Source of the DNA: Eledone cirrhosa
Taxonomy: Eukaryota
Length of the DNA stretch: 64,000 bases
Reading direction: 5' to 3'
NCBI GenBank assembly: GCA_964016885.1
Contig: OZ024748.1
Span: forward strand, 57,722,001 to 57,786,000
Of the stretch, positions 15,951 to 34,574 are shown piece by piece; within the stretch, counting starts at the first letter, position 1, and the number at the start of each line of letters is the position of its first letter. The notes under the pieces were generated by a model, which saw only the letters and a program-made list of their open reading frames with translations, was not told the origin of the DNA and did no database searches. The position numbers and the translations under genes were made by a program.

Positions 15951-17383
15951 CTTAACTTCATCGAATCTACACAACGCTGATACGTAGTTGTATTGATACC
16001 CGTGAGTGACTTGCTAGCCCCAAATATCCTGTTTCGTAGTTAAATTGGTAAAGGTGTATTCTGATTTTTGATAGTTAAATTAACCCTCGAAATCAGCTTT
16101 ATTCTACAAGAATGAATTATTGTAATATCAAATGACCGTATTCAGCATGTCTAAAACATTAACCATGAGATTTACGTAAATAAGTTTATAGTCATTGTTT
16201 AACACCTGGCTTATTTATGACACCAGTTGGTATTTAGTGACTACATTTCTCCTTAACAATCAATTTCCAAGTGCTATAATGGTATCATAAATTTTTATGA
16301 TATATCCTCAGTAAAATTAATTTAAAAAAATACATTTATTCTATCAAATTTTCTTGCTTCGATATTATATTTTCTTAAACGTTATTAAATATAAATTTAC
16401 AAGTTTTATTCGGCATTGTTCGCCTCATTGTTTCTATGAAAAACATATATCTTATGAAAATATTGTGTAAGATAAATTTAATTTGCTATTTTGTTTCTTT
16501 TGCGACATTTCCTTCCTGAACTACCTCATTCTTGTACAAATAGTCATGTATTTTAGATACATACATATTTATTTATGTTTATAGAAAGCATAACGTAATA
16601 CTTTGCGTTATTTAGTTCCATAGAAGTGCATACTATGTTCAAAAAGGAACAAAATCAATTATGTATATTTTTCAGCTTTAACGGCAGACTATTTATTTAT
16701 ATTTTACTTGTGTTTACTGAAGCAAATCTAGCTGCACTTACATATTTGTTTGTTTATGTTAATATGATGAATATTCGCTCCACGTTCTGGCAGAATGCTG
16801 CTGGGTGATATATCGTCTTGCAAAAGAGATTTGTATAATCTAAACCTGTGTAATATAAGGTGATATGTTCTGAAACACATTTGTAGTAAGGCGAACTCTA
16901 ATTATGAATACTTATTTGAACACATTTATATCGTATTTAGTTAATAGATATTTTGTGTTGGATTAATGCAATTTTGATCGTTTAATGCGTTAGAGTGATA
17001 AATACTTCATCGGCTTTCAACAATTAAAACTAAAATGTAAATTGACTTTTAGATAAATGTATGCAGTATATATTGATATAAACGTTACAAAGTAAACGCA
17101 CACGCATTCATATAACTACATTAACAGACATGTCGGTACGTCTGATATAATATAATATATATGTTTTTATGTGATTGTATATATGTTTGGGTGGACATTA
17201 TACATACGTATATACGTTCTAACAACACAGTATTCTTTAAAAGCAGATTATTTTCACTGGTAGTATTGCTTTGTTTTTGAAGTAGTTTTTATAGAATATA
17301 TAGCAACTATTTCCTGAAAAAACCCACTGTATTTAAAGCATTATGATCCTGAATTTTGGGTAGAGTTCGAAAGAATTTGATAG

Positions 17384-17790
17384 CGAATACAAGCGGCCGA
17401 AATGGGGTTCCTCCAAAGGGTCTTTGGTGTAACATTACTCAATAGAGTGCGTAGCTCGGAGATCAGTGAATCACTCCAGGTAGAGTCGCTACTTCTCCGA
17501 ATTGAGAGATCACAGCTCCGATACTACGGGCGTGCGGTTAGAATGTCCCAGGAAATAATCGCTTGACATATTTTAGAGGCAAAACTAACCGGCAGGAGAC
17601 ACAGTGGTAGACCCCGAAGAAGGTACTTTGATAATATCCATTACCCTGGCTGGTCTCGTTTAGTGATCCAGCCGGATCAGTAGGAGACGGTGGCTTCTGA
17701 GAGGACAAGCTGGAAGGAATGTGTGTGGACTCTTCTCCCACGAAATTCTCAGGAATAAATGAGCGAATAGGAAGAATAACGGATGAGATG
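17384..17790 (+). mobile_element. RTE-clade LINE 3' fragment, decayed
   Basis: RIQAAEMGFLQRVFGVTLLNRVRSSEI...IERSQLRYYG..VRM...GRRHSGRPRRR with in-frame stops; GATGAGATG tail. Confidence 0.88.
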
Positions 17791-18899
17791 TTTACAGCAG
17801 AATATATAGCAGAAGAATGATCTATGTATAAACTATAACCTATAAAACTATATTGTTTCAGTATTTGTCAGATAATTATAATGCAGGAAGATCTTTTGAC
17901 AGCTGGCCAATGATAAAAATAAGAATAAATAAACAAAAATAATAATTATACTGTCATCGTATGCACAAACTGCAACGGAATATAAATATATTGAATATCA
18001 ACTGTGTTAAACTTGTTAAGACATAAATATTTAATAATAAATACAATTCATCAAAGCTCTGTACAATTTTATGTAGTCACTGTATGTTTCATTCATGATG
18101 CGCATATTTATTTTGTTTCCTGGTGTAACACCTTTTGGTTATGAATGACATATTTGCTTTCGTGTTATATATATTAGAGCCATATATTTATACGATGATA
18201 GAGACGTAAAACTACTTTGTGTTAACAATTTTCAGATGTCAGTGACTATCAATCTAGCTAACATATAGATAATTCCCCATCTATACATTTGCATTTGTTT
18301 TATTGTAGATTAGTATAGCAGAATTGATGAGGCAATTTACAAAGAGCAGAAAGGCAATAACATTGTTACATTTGTATGTGATAACTTTGTTTATCATATT
18401 CAGGGATATACATGCATACATTTCCTGTTTGTGAGATTCTTAATCGGAGGCAATCTTTACTTTACTTTTGTTTACGGTATGTTCTGACTTTGAATGAGAA
18501 CTAAAACTTCATACGTCTAATTCTAACGAATTTTGATTCTTCAAAGTATTTATATTATCTATTTTGTCGAATTAATTCAGATAAAGATTTTTGGAAATGA
18601 TATATACAATTAATGATTCTCTGTAACAGTAATTTATAACTTATACTTCTATAGGTAAACACATTTTCTCATGTAGCTTGAAGATGTTGTCAACATGCTA
18701 CTAGAAAAGCCTTCCTGGACGTATTTGGTGAGATATTGTATGCTAAGTTTAAATATTCATTTCCAGGTCTCAACTATTTACGGATATGACATATCTCTTA
18801 ATATAGCTCATCATGTCTCCTTTTAAATATAAAATATCACATAATAACATATAGTAGCTCAAGTTAAAATACTCTGATGGCTGGATAATCTTTAAGAAT

Positions 18900-19359
18900 T
18901 TCCTCGATGAAGCAGAAAAAATGCAGGTTTTCACCTAATGAATTTTTTTTATGTGCATAATATGCCTTGAAATTTCGGGAAAATCGGCTAGACGTAACGC
19001 CTCAAAAAAGCCCTAAAAAGCTGAAAAAATGAAGTGTTTCACCTAATGCGGGCTCTAGGCCATAAAGAAGTTTGATTTTCTTTGCTCACGGTATGAAGAA
19101 GAGACTGACTAATACATAGTTACAATTTCAAGGAAATCGGTCTGACGTAACGCCTCGAAAAAACACCCAAAAGCTGAAAAAAACGCAGTTTTTCACCTGT
19201 AGGGGATCAAAGAGATGAATGTTATGTGCATAACACTCCCTGGAACATAAGTAATACACATGTAAAGATTGAATAAAATCGGTTGGGTACTTCTCGAGTT
19301 TTAGAGATTCAAACTCACAGACACACACACACATACATCTTCAGTTTTATATATATAGA
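18900..19359 (-). mobile_element. Non-autonomous Helitron-like element with internal duplicated unit
   Basis: Minus strand starts TCTATATATATAAAACTGAAG + (TG)n; homologous to 46615 and 47335-47490. GAAATCGG..GACGTAACGCCTC..AAAAGCTGAAAAAA occurs at ~18975 and ~19130. Confidence 0.65.
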
Positions 19360-21097
19360 TGACCTGATAAAAAAGACAAGGCAGTATTATCCAGATTGGA
19401 GTGAATGTGAATATATTTAGTTTCTATCTTATTTTTAATAACTTGTTTGTGTTGTATATGCTAGGGCATTGCGAAGATGTTAATATATCATTCTATCAGC
19501 TGATCAGGTTTTGTTTGTACAAACAATCAATAATAACAAATCAAACCAGGATAATTAATAAACATTTCATTTTCGAGAGTGATATTTGATTTGGAAAGAA
19601 AGTGTTGATATTGCTACAAATGATTCTCCGGAAGGCGTGAAGCTATAATTAGGAATGTTGTTATTGCTGGTTACAAAGCAATATATATAAAATGAAGAGC
19701 TTTTCCCAATATGAATCATACACTATATTCATAAATTGTGTCTTCCGAATTTAAATAAATATAGATACGGTAACTTGCTTTGGACATATTGTGGCCCTGT
19801 TCCCCTTTCAAAGTGATTCATGAATATTTATATACCTATCTATAAAAAATAACATGGTAAATCTAAATGTTTGTCTGGGGGAGTTTATAATAATGAAATA
19901 GTTCCAGCTAGTGGAACCCATATAACACAACGAATATTCTTTCACAAATACATTTTAAACCTCATTCGTCATGTAAGCGTGTATTTCTAATACATACAAA
20001 AACACATAAAAAATAATATCCGTCGTAAAAAAAGCTGTTTCGTTAGAAAACATCATAAAAATGTGGATCGTGAAATGAAACATTGACGGGAAACGTAAAA
20101 AAATCACAAATTATTGACTATATGTTTTTACCATTAAATATTTTAGTTTATATGTAACGCAAATCATTCACTATAGTCTCACCCCTCTCACCCCCTCTCT
20201 CTCTCTCCATTACCAACGCTTTCTGGATCACAGACAATATTAATATACGTCTGGATCTGTCATCAGACAGAGATGGTAATGGAGTAGTTATACATTGTGT
20301 TCACTTTCTAATTAAATAGCTCTGTTCTATACATAGATCACTCTTTTTTCCTTTGCATTTCCTTCGGAATTACCTAACACACACACACACACATACACAC
20401 ACACACACACACATATACATACACACATATATATATACCCTCTCTGTTACTCGCTTTAATGGTTTCCATATTTATGCATGTACGATAATATAGTTGCAAT
20501 TATTATTTGATTTAAACCTACTTTATATAACATTTCTTTTATAATTTAAGACTTCCTAAACGATCAACCCTTACGATAGTGTAAATCCAATCTAATTACG
20601 TGTTATATGCATTTACGTAATTAACAAATATCAAAACTGTATTTATTTTCATACTTAATCACGTTAAACTTCATTTATTGCTAGTGGGAAAATAAAAATT
20701 GTTTAAAGATTAAAATATATCCAAGCAGGAATTCTCTATTCACATTTATATGCAATACAATTAACACGTATGCGCCTCAATCCCACCAGGCAGCATAAAA
20801 CTCATTTAATAAGGATTCACTGCCATGATATATATCGATCCATCCTAAGTACGTGAATAATTGTCCGCATATTATCTTTATAAATTTGAAATGAAAATAT
20901 AAATGCTAATAAATATGTATATTAAATAATTACCTATATCAAGCTTCATTGTTACATAGTAATTTTAGGTGTTCTATTTCTTGAAAGGGTTTGTATCACT
21001 CAATCCTAAGGAAAAATAGCTTTACTTGTGGTTTGAAAACAATATATAGCTGTCTATCTATCTCTTCGGTTCGATTTGTTTGTCTGCCTCTTTCTCT

Positions 21098-21450
<353 letters not shown>

Positions 21451-22752
21451 TATATATATATCCAGAGAGTGTAACGGGAAGTAACTGTGGGTTCATCCAG
21501 GTGAGCACTCGCTGTTTAGTTTCACTTCATTTGCGAGTTATAGAGCTAAACAGAGTGTAATATAATAATAATAAGTACAATATTTTAAGCCTTCATTATG
21601 TTTGTTGATTGGGAACGTGCGTTGTGCTATTGATCAGTTCAAGGTCCGATCTGTATCGATGTGACGAGCTTTTGATTCCAGAGTCGGGCCAGATACATAC
21701 GATCGTACCTTGAGCTGATCAATGGAAAAAGCTGTCATAACGTTTCAGGGAAAGAAAGAATAGATCCAGTACTGAATTGTAACTGTTTTATCGACTTCGA
21801 AATGATGAATTAGAAGTTTAACAACGGCGTGGTTTGATGTTACGGTTCAGAGTGCGGAGGTTCTAACGATTCTGCAAACCGTTTTACATTTGACATTTCT
21901 GATATTTCGCTGTGTTTACTGTATATAATTCACGCACCTAGGATTCTTATTCTTAGTGTTACATACAACCACATATAAACGAAGATAAACACATATCCGT
22001 ATCCACGCTTGCAAACTTACATGCACAGAAATAAAACAGTTGTACATCCTATTTCATTGTATATATCATATATATTTAAATATTAACACAAAACGTGTAA
22101 TGAATAATATCTCACATAGGAATTTTAACAAATAAAATGTGTTACGCGCTGTTCATTTGTTTAAAGCAAAATGGCATTCCCTTTGCAAAGTATACACAAT
22201 GTGTTGTTTCTTTTTCAACTACTATAGAGGAGTGACATAAAGTGCTACAATGTAATGTATATTACATAATTGAAATATATTTCTGTAACATTTTGCAGAT
22301 CGAAATAAAATATAATTGGGCAGGAAAGTGAATAATTTATATTTTATTTAGATAGCTGATTATTTATTTAACAATGTTTATTGTATGTATTTCCTTTGAG
22401 GAAATGTAAATGTGAACACTTGTGAGTAAATGTTAATGAGTGATGTAGCTGCCTTAATCTTTTAATAACGTAGAAGCTTCATAGAGCTGTTCAGTTGTAG
22501 ATATGAAAACGAAAAACAGATTTCTTGTAACATAAGTTCAACATATATATTAAGCAAATATCCGGACATATTTAATCATCGAGGGGAAATGTATGAGTAT
22601 ATCAAGGATGTGTACCAGCTGCGTGCACAATGACATGAAAAATATAAGTTTAAGCCATAAATAACATATAAATGGCAATATATATATATATACATATAAT
22701 GCACCAGGTAAATATATATATATATAGATATAATGCACCAAGTAAATTTTAT

Positions 22753-22822
<70 letters not shown>

Positions 22823-22823
22823 A

Positions 22824-22866
<43 letters not shown>

Positions 22867-22868
22867 GC

Positions 22869-22907
<39 letters not shown>

Positions 22908-22914
22908 AATATAG

Positions 22915-23998
22915 CACTACATAGGTTCCACGGCTGGGGAGTTAAAGAAAAGATAGTATGTTCACAGACAATCCATGAAGAACCGTAAACATAAGAACTC
23001 TACAGCACTGACCAATATAATCTGGCAGCTTAAGAACTCAAATATGGGATTAGCTGGTCGAAATTATCGGGAGCAACGGAGTGTCCGACTGCGGACTTTG
23101 CAATATGAGCTATTCCATATTTTAAAGTACGGTAAATGCTACTTAACAGCAAAATAGAAAGATCGATTTTCTGTACACACAAATTAGCTATCAAGTTAAC
23201 AAATTCCAAACCAGCAATCCCAAAATTCGAACTCAACCACCCGGATTTTAACGTACGGAATACATTCCACCACACTCTTATTGGCTGTCAACTAACCGAC
23301 TGGTCACTAGTTCATAAATCTCCTAACCTTTCTTTCACTCTCTCTTACTGAAGCCACATCAACGCTATTAAGATGAGACATTCAGCAGGCTAAATATTTA
23401 CCGCACACAAATATCAAAATTCCCCTTCCCCATGCATCCTTATCCTTTATATCTCATCCTCGTATCACTCACTTAATTTTTAACTTATTGATTTTTATTT
23501 TATCTGTCATTTGTTACTACCTCTCATTTTATACATATTTCTTTATATTTTTTTACTTTTTACATCTGTAACTTCTTTACCTATTTATCATTATATTTTA
23601 TTATTGATGTTATTGTTTTAATTCTACGCTGTATCTCTATATATATCGTTTCCATATGTGAGTTTTCTAGTATTCTGAGGATTTGATCATATGTAAACAC
23701 TGTATTTGAGGTCGAATGACGCAACTTCGAGTGATTAGCGACCTTTAGACTCACCTGATCAATGAAACATTTGTTAATACTTGAAATGAAGACCACTGTT
23801 CTACAGCTGACCATGTTACTCTTCATTCTTTCACCATTATTACTCCAAGTATAATCTGCATAGGAATTCTCATGAACTCACTACCTAATTATGGAAACAT
23901 CTTGTTGAGTCAAACAAAGCCGTAAGTTAAAACTATCCACAAGACAGAGTACTCACAACCTCTAACTGGATTACCTATAACCCGATAACAATAACTTG
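22915..23998 (+). mobile_element. Old PLE 3' fragment (GIY-YIG remnant + 3' UTR)
   Basis: [32 protein letters not shown] aligns to the endonuclease of the other PLEs; ends in (TA)n. Confidence 0.85.
23669..23781 (+). ncRNA. Type I hammerhead with ~80-nt stem II domain
   Basis: AGTATT-CTGAGGA-tTTGATCA...TGATCAAt-GAA-ACA tt TGT-T-AATACT; inner AGGTCG/CGACCT helix. Confidence 0.78.
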
Positions 23999-24082
<84 letters not shown>

Positions 24083-24086
<4 letters not shown>

Positions 24087-24311
24087 ATAATAATAATAGA
24101 TTTGAAGACTAAAATCGAAAGACGGCTCCATAAGGATAAATATATATCAAATATATAAGTACCGTAGAGCAAATATTTATTAAAATAACAGATTAAAGTT
24201 TAAGCAAATAATCGCTGCTTTCACCCTTAACGGGATATTATGAAACTAACAAGAAGATCCCGTTAAGGGTGAAAGCAGCGATTCTTTGCTTAAACTTTAA
24301 TCTGTTATTTA
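24083..24311 (-). mobile_element. PLE family 1 stub with inverted short arm
   Basis: Long arm 24083-24251 (tail + hammerhead region); short arm 24252-24311. Confidence 0.92.
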
Positions 24312-24548
24312 AAAAAAAATATCTATATATATCTATATATATATATATATGAAAACATGGAGAAAGGGACGATTATTAGGAAGAAACATATTTTTTTTAT
24401 TCCTTTTTGGTTTCTCTATCTCTTTTTTCTGGGTTAGAAAATGATTAAAACGAAATGTTTTACATTGTGTGAAGTGTTAAGGTATTAGTGGATTTATTTA
24501 TTATTTCACAATGGCATTTATTTATCTATTTATATATTTAATTATTGT

Positions 24549-24590
24549 CTATTACCGGTTTCAGCATTTTTATGCATTATCAAATGATAG
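24549..24590 (-). ncRNA. Minimal hammerhead-like motif, U3-A8 core, palindromic stem III
   Basis: TTGATAA-tGCAT aaaa ATGCt-GAA-ACCGGT-A-ATAG; stem I imperfect. Lies in a 250-bp island between TA tracts. Confidence 0.55.
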
Positions 24591-24597
24591 TGAAATG

Positions 24598-24648
<51 letters not shown>

Positions 24649-24651
<3 letters not shown>

Positions 24652-24825
24652 CGAAGGAAATGTGGTAAGGAACCAGGTGGATCATAACGCACCAAAGTAC
24701 TCAATACTTGAGGTAGTAGAGTGGGTAATAGGAACCAGTAAGACCCCGACAGCTGAGCTCAAGCCGTTTCGAATTAGCCGTCGAAACGGCTTGAGCTCAG
24801 CTGTCGGGGTCTTACTGGTTCCTAT
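24649..24825 (-). mobile_element. PLE family 2 stub with inverted short arm
   Basis: Nearly identical to 36643-36766; short arm ends TTCCTAT; both arms share a private CAGCT/AGCTG variant. Confidence 0.95.
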
Positions 24826-24850
24826 ATATATATATATATATATATATATA

Positions 24851-28525
<3,675 letters not shown>

Positions 28526-28526
28526 C

Positions 28527-28585
<59 letters not shown>

Positions 28586-28696
28586 ATACACCGGGCAAAA
28601 CTTTACTTTACATTATGTTTTGTTTCATATATCATAATTTGTCCCACGTATGTTATACCGCATTGTACCGGCTTTAAAAAGAATTGTCGGCAATTT

Positions 28697-28747
<51 letters not shown>

Positions 28748-28831
28748 CTTTGAATAACTTTGAAATGTTTTGGCCAGTATTGGCCCAGGCCATGTCTAAC
28801 TTAATAGCACCACCTGGCGAAGTCTTTCAAT

Positions 28832-31800
28832 TCAGGATTTGGGCACCATGGCCCATTCGAGAAGAGAATTACTGTTTGCGGAGACATATCCGGGTGTGGG
28901 TGGTTTGTCCGGGATTACTTGGAGGAATTTGTCCAAAGACTTCTTGAATTTTGTGTGGTCAGTTTCTGTTTTGACGTGTCCTGGTGTGATGTTGAAGAGA
29001 GCAGGGCCGATTGAGGTGAAATAATTGTGCCGTATTGTTGTTATGAGTTGCGATTTAGATTTTTGAATGGGACGGATAGCACGGGGCCCAAGCCTTGGGT
29101 GTATCTTGAAGGCGATGCCAACATCATTTGGGCAGTGATGATGGAACATTTTCCACATCATGCAGATAATATAACGCTCACGGCGACGTTGGAGTGAGTA
29201 AAGTTTCAGGTTTTCTAATCGACCCCAGTAGTCAAGGTCTGACATGCCATCTATCTTTTTCGTGATTGCCCTTTGAGGAGCTTCAAGTTTCATGATACTT
29301 TGTTTCGTGTGGAGAGACCACAGTGGACAACAGTATTCAAGGTGTGGTCGGGCAAAAGTAGAGAAGAGAAGGATAATGGTGCGGGAATCTCTCGACTGGA
29401 AGGTTCTGAGGATCCAGGAACACATTCTGCGGGCCATGTCAACTTTGCTGCTTATATGCGTGGTCCAGCTTATGTTGCTGTCCACGGTTACTCCCAAGTC
29501 TCTGATGTTGTTAGATGCCACGAGAGTTTCCCCGGAGGGAAGGGAGTACGGGAGTTTCAGAGCATCCTCTTTTCCAAAGTGGATCAGTTCGAATTTGTCT
29601 TCGTTCAGTAACATGTTGTTCTTTTCTGCCCATTGGGTAACAGCCAGTAGGTCTGACTGAAGGCTTATCCGGTCATCCACGCCATTGATGACCTTTTGGA
29701 GCTTGGAATCATCAGCGAAAATTTTAATGTTGCTGTGTTTGATGATGTCAGTGATGTCATTAATATAGATGATGAAGAGAAGTGGGCCCAACACAGTGCC
29801 TTGTGGGACTCCACTACTGACTTTGGCTGGGCTTGATTTGACTCCCTCAACTACAACATGTTGGTTTCTGTTTGACAGGAAGCTCTTGATCCACTGCAGC
29901 AGCTTTCCAGTGACACCAATATTGGACAGCTTTCTCAGTAGAATGTTATGATCAACCCTGTCAAAGGCCTTGCTGAAATCAAGGTAGATAACATCAGTGT
30001 TGGAACCCTCTCCCAAGGCTCTCAAAATGTCATCAAAGTGATGCAGTAGCTGCGTCAGGCAATCCCTTCCATTACGGAATCCATGCTGGTTGGAGTTCAG
30101 CATATTGTTACTCTCAAGGAAGTGGGTCATTCGCGATCTCACCACTCGCTCAAATACCTTAATGATATGAGAGGTGAGTGAGATTGGACGGTAATTCACG
30201 GCAAGGGATTTGTTTCCCTTTTTGAAAACTGGGACAACAGACTGGGATAGAAGGTTTTCTGGCACATAACCAGCATCCAGTGAGTTCCGCCACAGATTGG
30301 CAAGAGGAGATGCAAGTTGGTGTTGACACGCCTTCAAGACACAAGCAGGGAACCTATCGGGACCTACTGCTGAATTATGCTTGATTTCCTTTATTGCCGC
30401 CAAGACATCAGGGGCGCCAAACGTTATGTCCGATAAGATGTAATGGGGAGTAACATCGCCGATACAGCCCAGATCGGCCATATCAGGATTGCTGAAAACA
30501 GAGCAGTATTGTTTCTGCAGTATCTCACCCATGGTTTTAGCATTGTCTTGAAGAGTGCCATTTTCATCAATTAGAGGGCCAACAGTAGAGCCAGTGATTT
30601 TGTGTTTTTTTGCAAATGAAAAGAACACTTTGGGATTGAGTTTGATCTTCTCAATGGCCCAGGCCTCTTCAGCTCTTCTCTGATTGTTGATGAGGGACAT
30701 TATGTTGTTTTGGAGGTTATGTTTTTTAATCTCTAGTGATGAAATGGCAGTCAAGTTGATGTGTTGCTGCTGACAGTATTTCAGCTTGTTGATTTTTTTG
30801 TTCGTTCTCTTAATTTTTCTGATGAGCGTTTTTCTATTTCTAGGGATTCTGCTCTTAGATTTGTTTATAGTTCTTAATGGGGTGTGTTTAGCACATATGT
30901 TTGTAACAGTGTCCACAAATGTCTGCCACGACTTTTTGATGTTAGTGGGTGTATGAGTGTGCGTGAAGGACCAGTCGACATGTGCAAGATCATGACTGAT
31001 CGCTTCCCAGTTTGCATTGTGGAAATCCATAGCGTCAAACGGATGGACAGGAGAGATGGCATTGGGTTTGTATATTGGACGGTGGAATCTCAGATCACAG
31101 AGAACCATGTCATGATCAGAGAGTAGAGTTTTCTCCACTGCAATATTGTGGATATTGTCAGTGTGATTGCTGAAAATTAAGTCTAGGACGTTTTTGTGGC
31201 ACCTCGTTGGTTCGAGCACCAGTTGGGATAGGAAGAAATCATCCATGAAGTCAAGAAGCGATTCCACAGCTTCCCTGTCAGAGGTTGAGGCAGAAGAACC
31301 TGGTGGCAGGCTGTTTGTGGACCAGTCAACTCCGGGGAGGTTGAAGTCCCCCATCATTCAGATGTTGTCAGGGTGACACTCTTGGATGAAACACTTTATG
31401 CTGTTGAGGCATTCCTTGAAGCATGGTACAGGCGTTTGGGGTGGCCTATAGAGCCCAACTACTAATAGGTTGTTGGTTTGACTGAATACAGTGACTGCTT
31501 CACAGTATCCATTAGTGAATATGTTCATAGCCTCTGTTGAGAAAGAATTATGGACATAAATGGCAGTTCCGCCCTTTCTTCTGCCAGCGCGATCAGCACG
31601 GATGGCTTTGAAATTTTTCACTTTCACCTCGGCTTCCAAGTGGAGGTTACTGAGATGGGTTTCAGTGAGGACGAAGAAAGGGATGTGGTTTGGATGGACA
31701 TCAATCCAGTCCTCCAGGAATTTGATCTTCCATTTTTGAGTATTGGTGGAAGGGCTGATGCCTTGGGCGTTCAGCAAAAATGTAGAGGCGAGAGTGGATG

Positions 31801-31951
31801 GTTTTAATTGTTTTGGTGTGTTGTTAATTTGTTTGTTTGTTAATGGCAGCAATGGGAGTTTGTGCAGTGGGGTGATAGTGGAGGGTGGTGCTGGGTGATA
31901 GCTCGAATGTTTTTTTCCAGTTCTTTTGCCAGATTCATTATGGCTAAAAAA
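28832..31951 (-). CDS. LINE ORF2: AP endonuclease + reverse transcriptase, one in-frame TGA at 31358-31360
   Basis: LNAQG, LTETHL, DRAGRRKGG, YRPP, GDFNLP, SDH, YRPISL, YLDFSKAFD, GVPQGTVLGP, FADD. ORFs 31358-31852 and 28832-31357 are in frame. Confidence 0.95.
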
Positions 31952-32956
31952 GAGGAAGAAGTTTCCTGTTTAGAAGACTGTTGGTGACTGTGGTAGTGGT
32001 TAATTTTATGTAGGTTATGGTTTTTGTTTTTGCTTTTATTTTTAATTTTATTTTCATTTGTCCGACGGGTCCCCGGGAGATGGGTAAAGGGACAATCCCG
32101 GTCTAAACACAATCTGTCTCGCAGGGAAAAACGGCAGATTTGTGGATTCCTTGTTTGAGTTATTGGTGGTTGTGTTGGTGTTAAATTAGAGTATGTATTA
32201 TGGTGGTGGCTGTTTGTGGGGATAGATCGTTTTGTCCTAGGTAAATGGGTGAATTTGCAGCCACTATCCGTACATATTCTATAGCGTAGAGAGTAGCGGC
32301 AAATGATGGGGTTTCGAGTGGGTGGGTATGTGGGTGTGTGTGTTGTGAGAGGTGTAGATGATGGTTTGGGTAGGATTTGACGACCTTTGTGGACTGTGGG
32401 AGGGAGAGTTCTTGTTCTGGTATTAGAAGGTAAATTCCTTGACATAGCAGTAGACAAAAATGTTGTAGTAGTAGTAGTAGTAGTAGGCAGAGATGTTGGC
32501 AGTGGTGATGATTGGACTGCTGGGCCAGAGAAAGGATGTGGCGTTTCATGCTGTGAGACAGAGGCTACTGGGGGGTCAATAGTTTCATTTAGTAGATCGG
32601 CCATTGTTGATGAATCAAGGAGTGGTTCACACTGTTGTTGTCGTTGTTGTTGTTGTTGCTGTTGTTGATGTTGTTGTTGTAGCTGTTGTTGTTGTTGCTG
32701 TTGTAGCTGCTGTTGTTGTTGTTGCTGCTGTTGTAGTTTATCCAAATGTTTATTGATTAATTTAAAAGCAATTTCGATTTGCTTTAATTTATTTTGAATC
32801 TGTTGTTCAGATCGAGTTTTCAAAAATTGAACTGTACGTTTAGCAATGTCGTTCAGAGATGAAGCATGTATGTCTTCTGTTTGGGAAAGGCAAATTTATT
32901 AGAATGTCGATTTCATTATCAGACCAGTTCTGTTTGGATTTTTGCTGGTTAGCCAT
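31840..32956 (-). CDS. LINE ORF1 with polyQ tract and two CCCH zinc fingers; probable 1-nt frameshift near 32880
   Basis: CRYSLRYRICTDSGCKFTH and CRFSLRDRLCLDRDCPFTH. The ATG at 32956 (MANQQKSK..) is out of frame with the 31840-32823 ORF. Confidence 0.82.
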
Positions 32957-33444
32957 TCTAGTTTTGAGTGTGTGTGTGTTTTAGTTAAGTATTTCAATAT
33001 ATATATATTTTTTTTAAATTTATTTTTGATAAATTTATTTTTGATTTATTTTTGTTTTTTGTTTTTCTTGTGTGTGAGTGAGAAGAGTATATATATAAAT
33101 ATGAGTATATATATATATATATATATATGTATATTCTGGTTATTTGAAATTAATTAAGTTAATGAAAAGACGAAAGTATATAATAATAATTTGTAGTTAA
33201 AGGAAAATGTACTCACAAGTTCGAAAACACGTGGTTTCAAATATATAATAATATAGATGTATGAAAAATGTATTAACCGGTCAATTTTCAAATATATAAT
33301 AATATAGATGTATGTAAATGTATTAACCGGTCAATTTTTGTTTGTTTGGTTTTGTCTTGTGGTTTTGTTTTGTGGCTGTGTGACTGCTGCTTACTCGGGG
33401 AGAGAAGTAAAAACACGTCCTTATACTTCAACTGCTCAACTGCT

Positions 33445-34305
<861 letters not shown>

Positions 34306-34574
34306 AAATGTTAAGTTACTAACATCCAAATATCTCAATGAAAGAAATATCTCAGAGAAGCTATATATATATATATATATAATAAAGAGTTGATGGACCC
34401 AGAATATTTAACAATGCCAGAACCGGTTGTATTTCAGCGTACTCAGTAGATAATGTAGAATACATTCCAGATTATACACAGAGTTATTCGCTTCAATACA
34501 AATCACGTAAACGGGTGCCTATGTTAGTTCCCAGATTCGAGTTTAATGCAGATTCGAGTTTAATGCAGCAGTAG

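Larger units (their letters stand above)
28745..33444 (-). mobile_element. Full-length CR1-type LINE inserted in (TA)n
   Basis: 5' UTR, ORF1, APE-RT ORF2, short 3' UTR ending (TTCAAAGTTA)x2; TA on both sides. Confidence 0.95.

Noticed and set aside
28655-28700. Hammerhead remnant on minus (ATTG-CCGACAA...AAAGCCGGTA-CAAT)
   Set aside because: Several core positions are altered; too degenerate to call.
31358-31360. In-frame TGA in LINE ORF2 as selenocysteine or readthrough
   Set aside because: No SECIS-like hairpin is visible in the ~85-nt 3' UTR, and the copy also has an ORF1 frameshift; a nonsense mutation is simpler.
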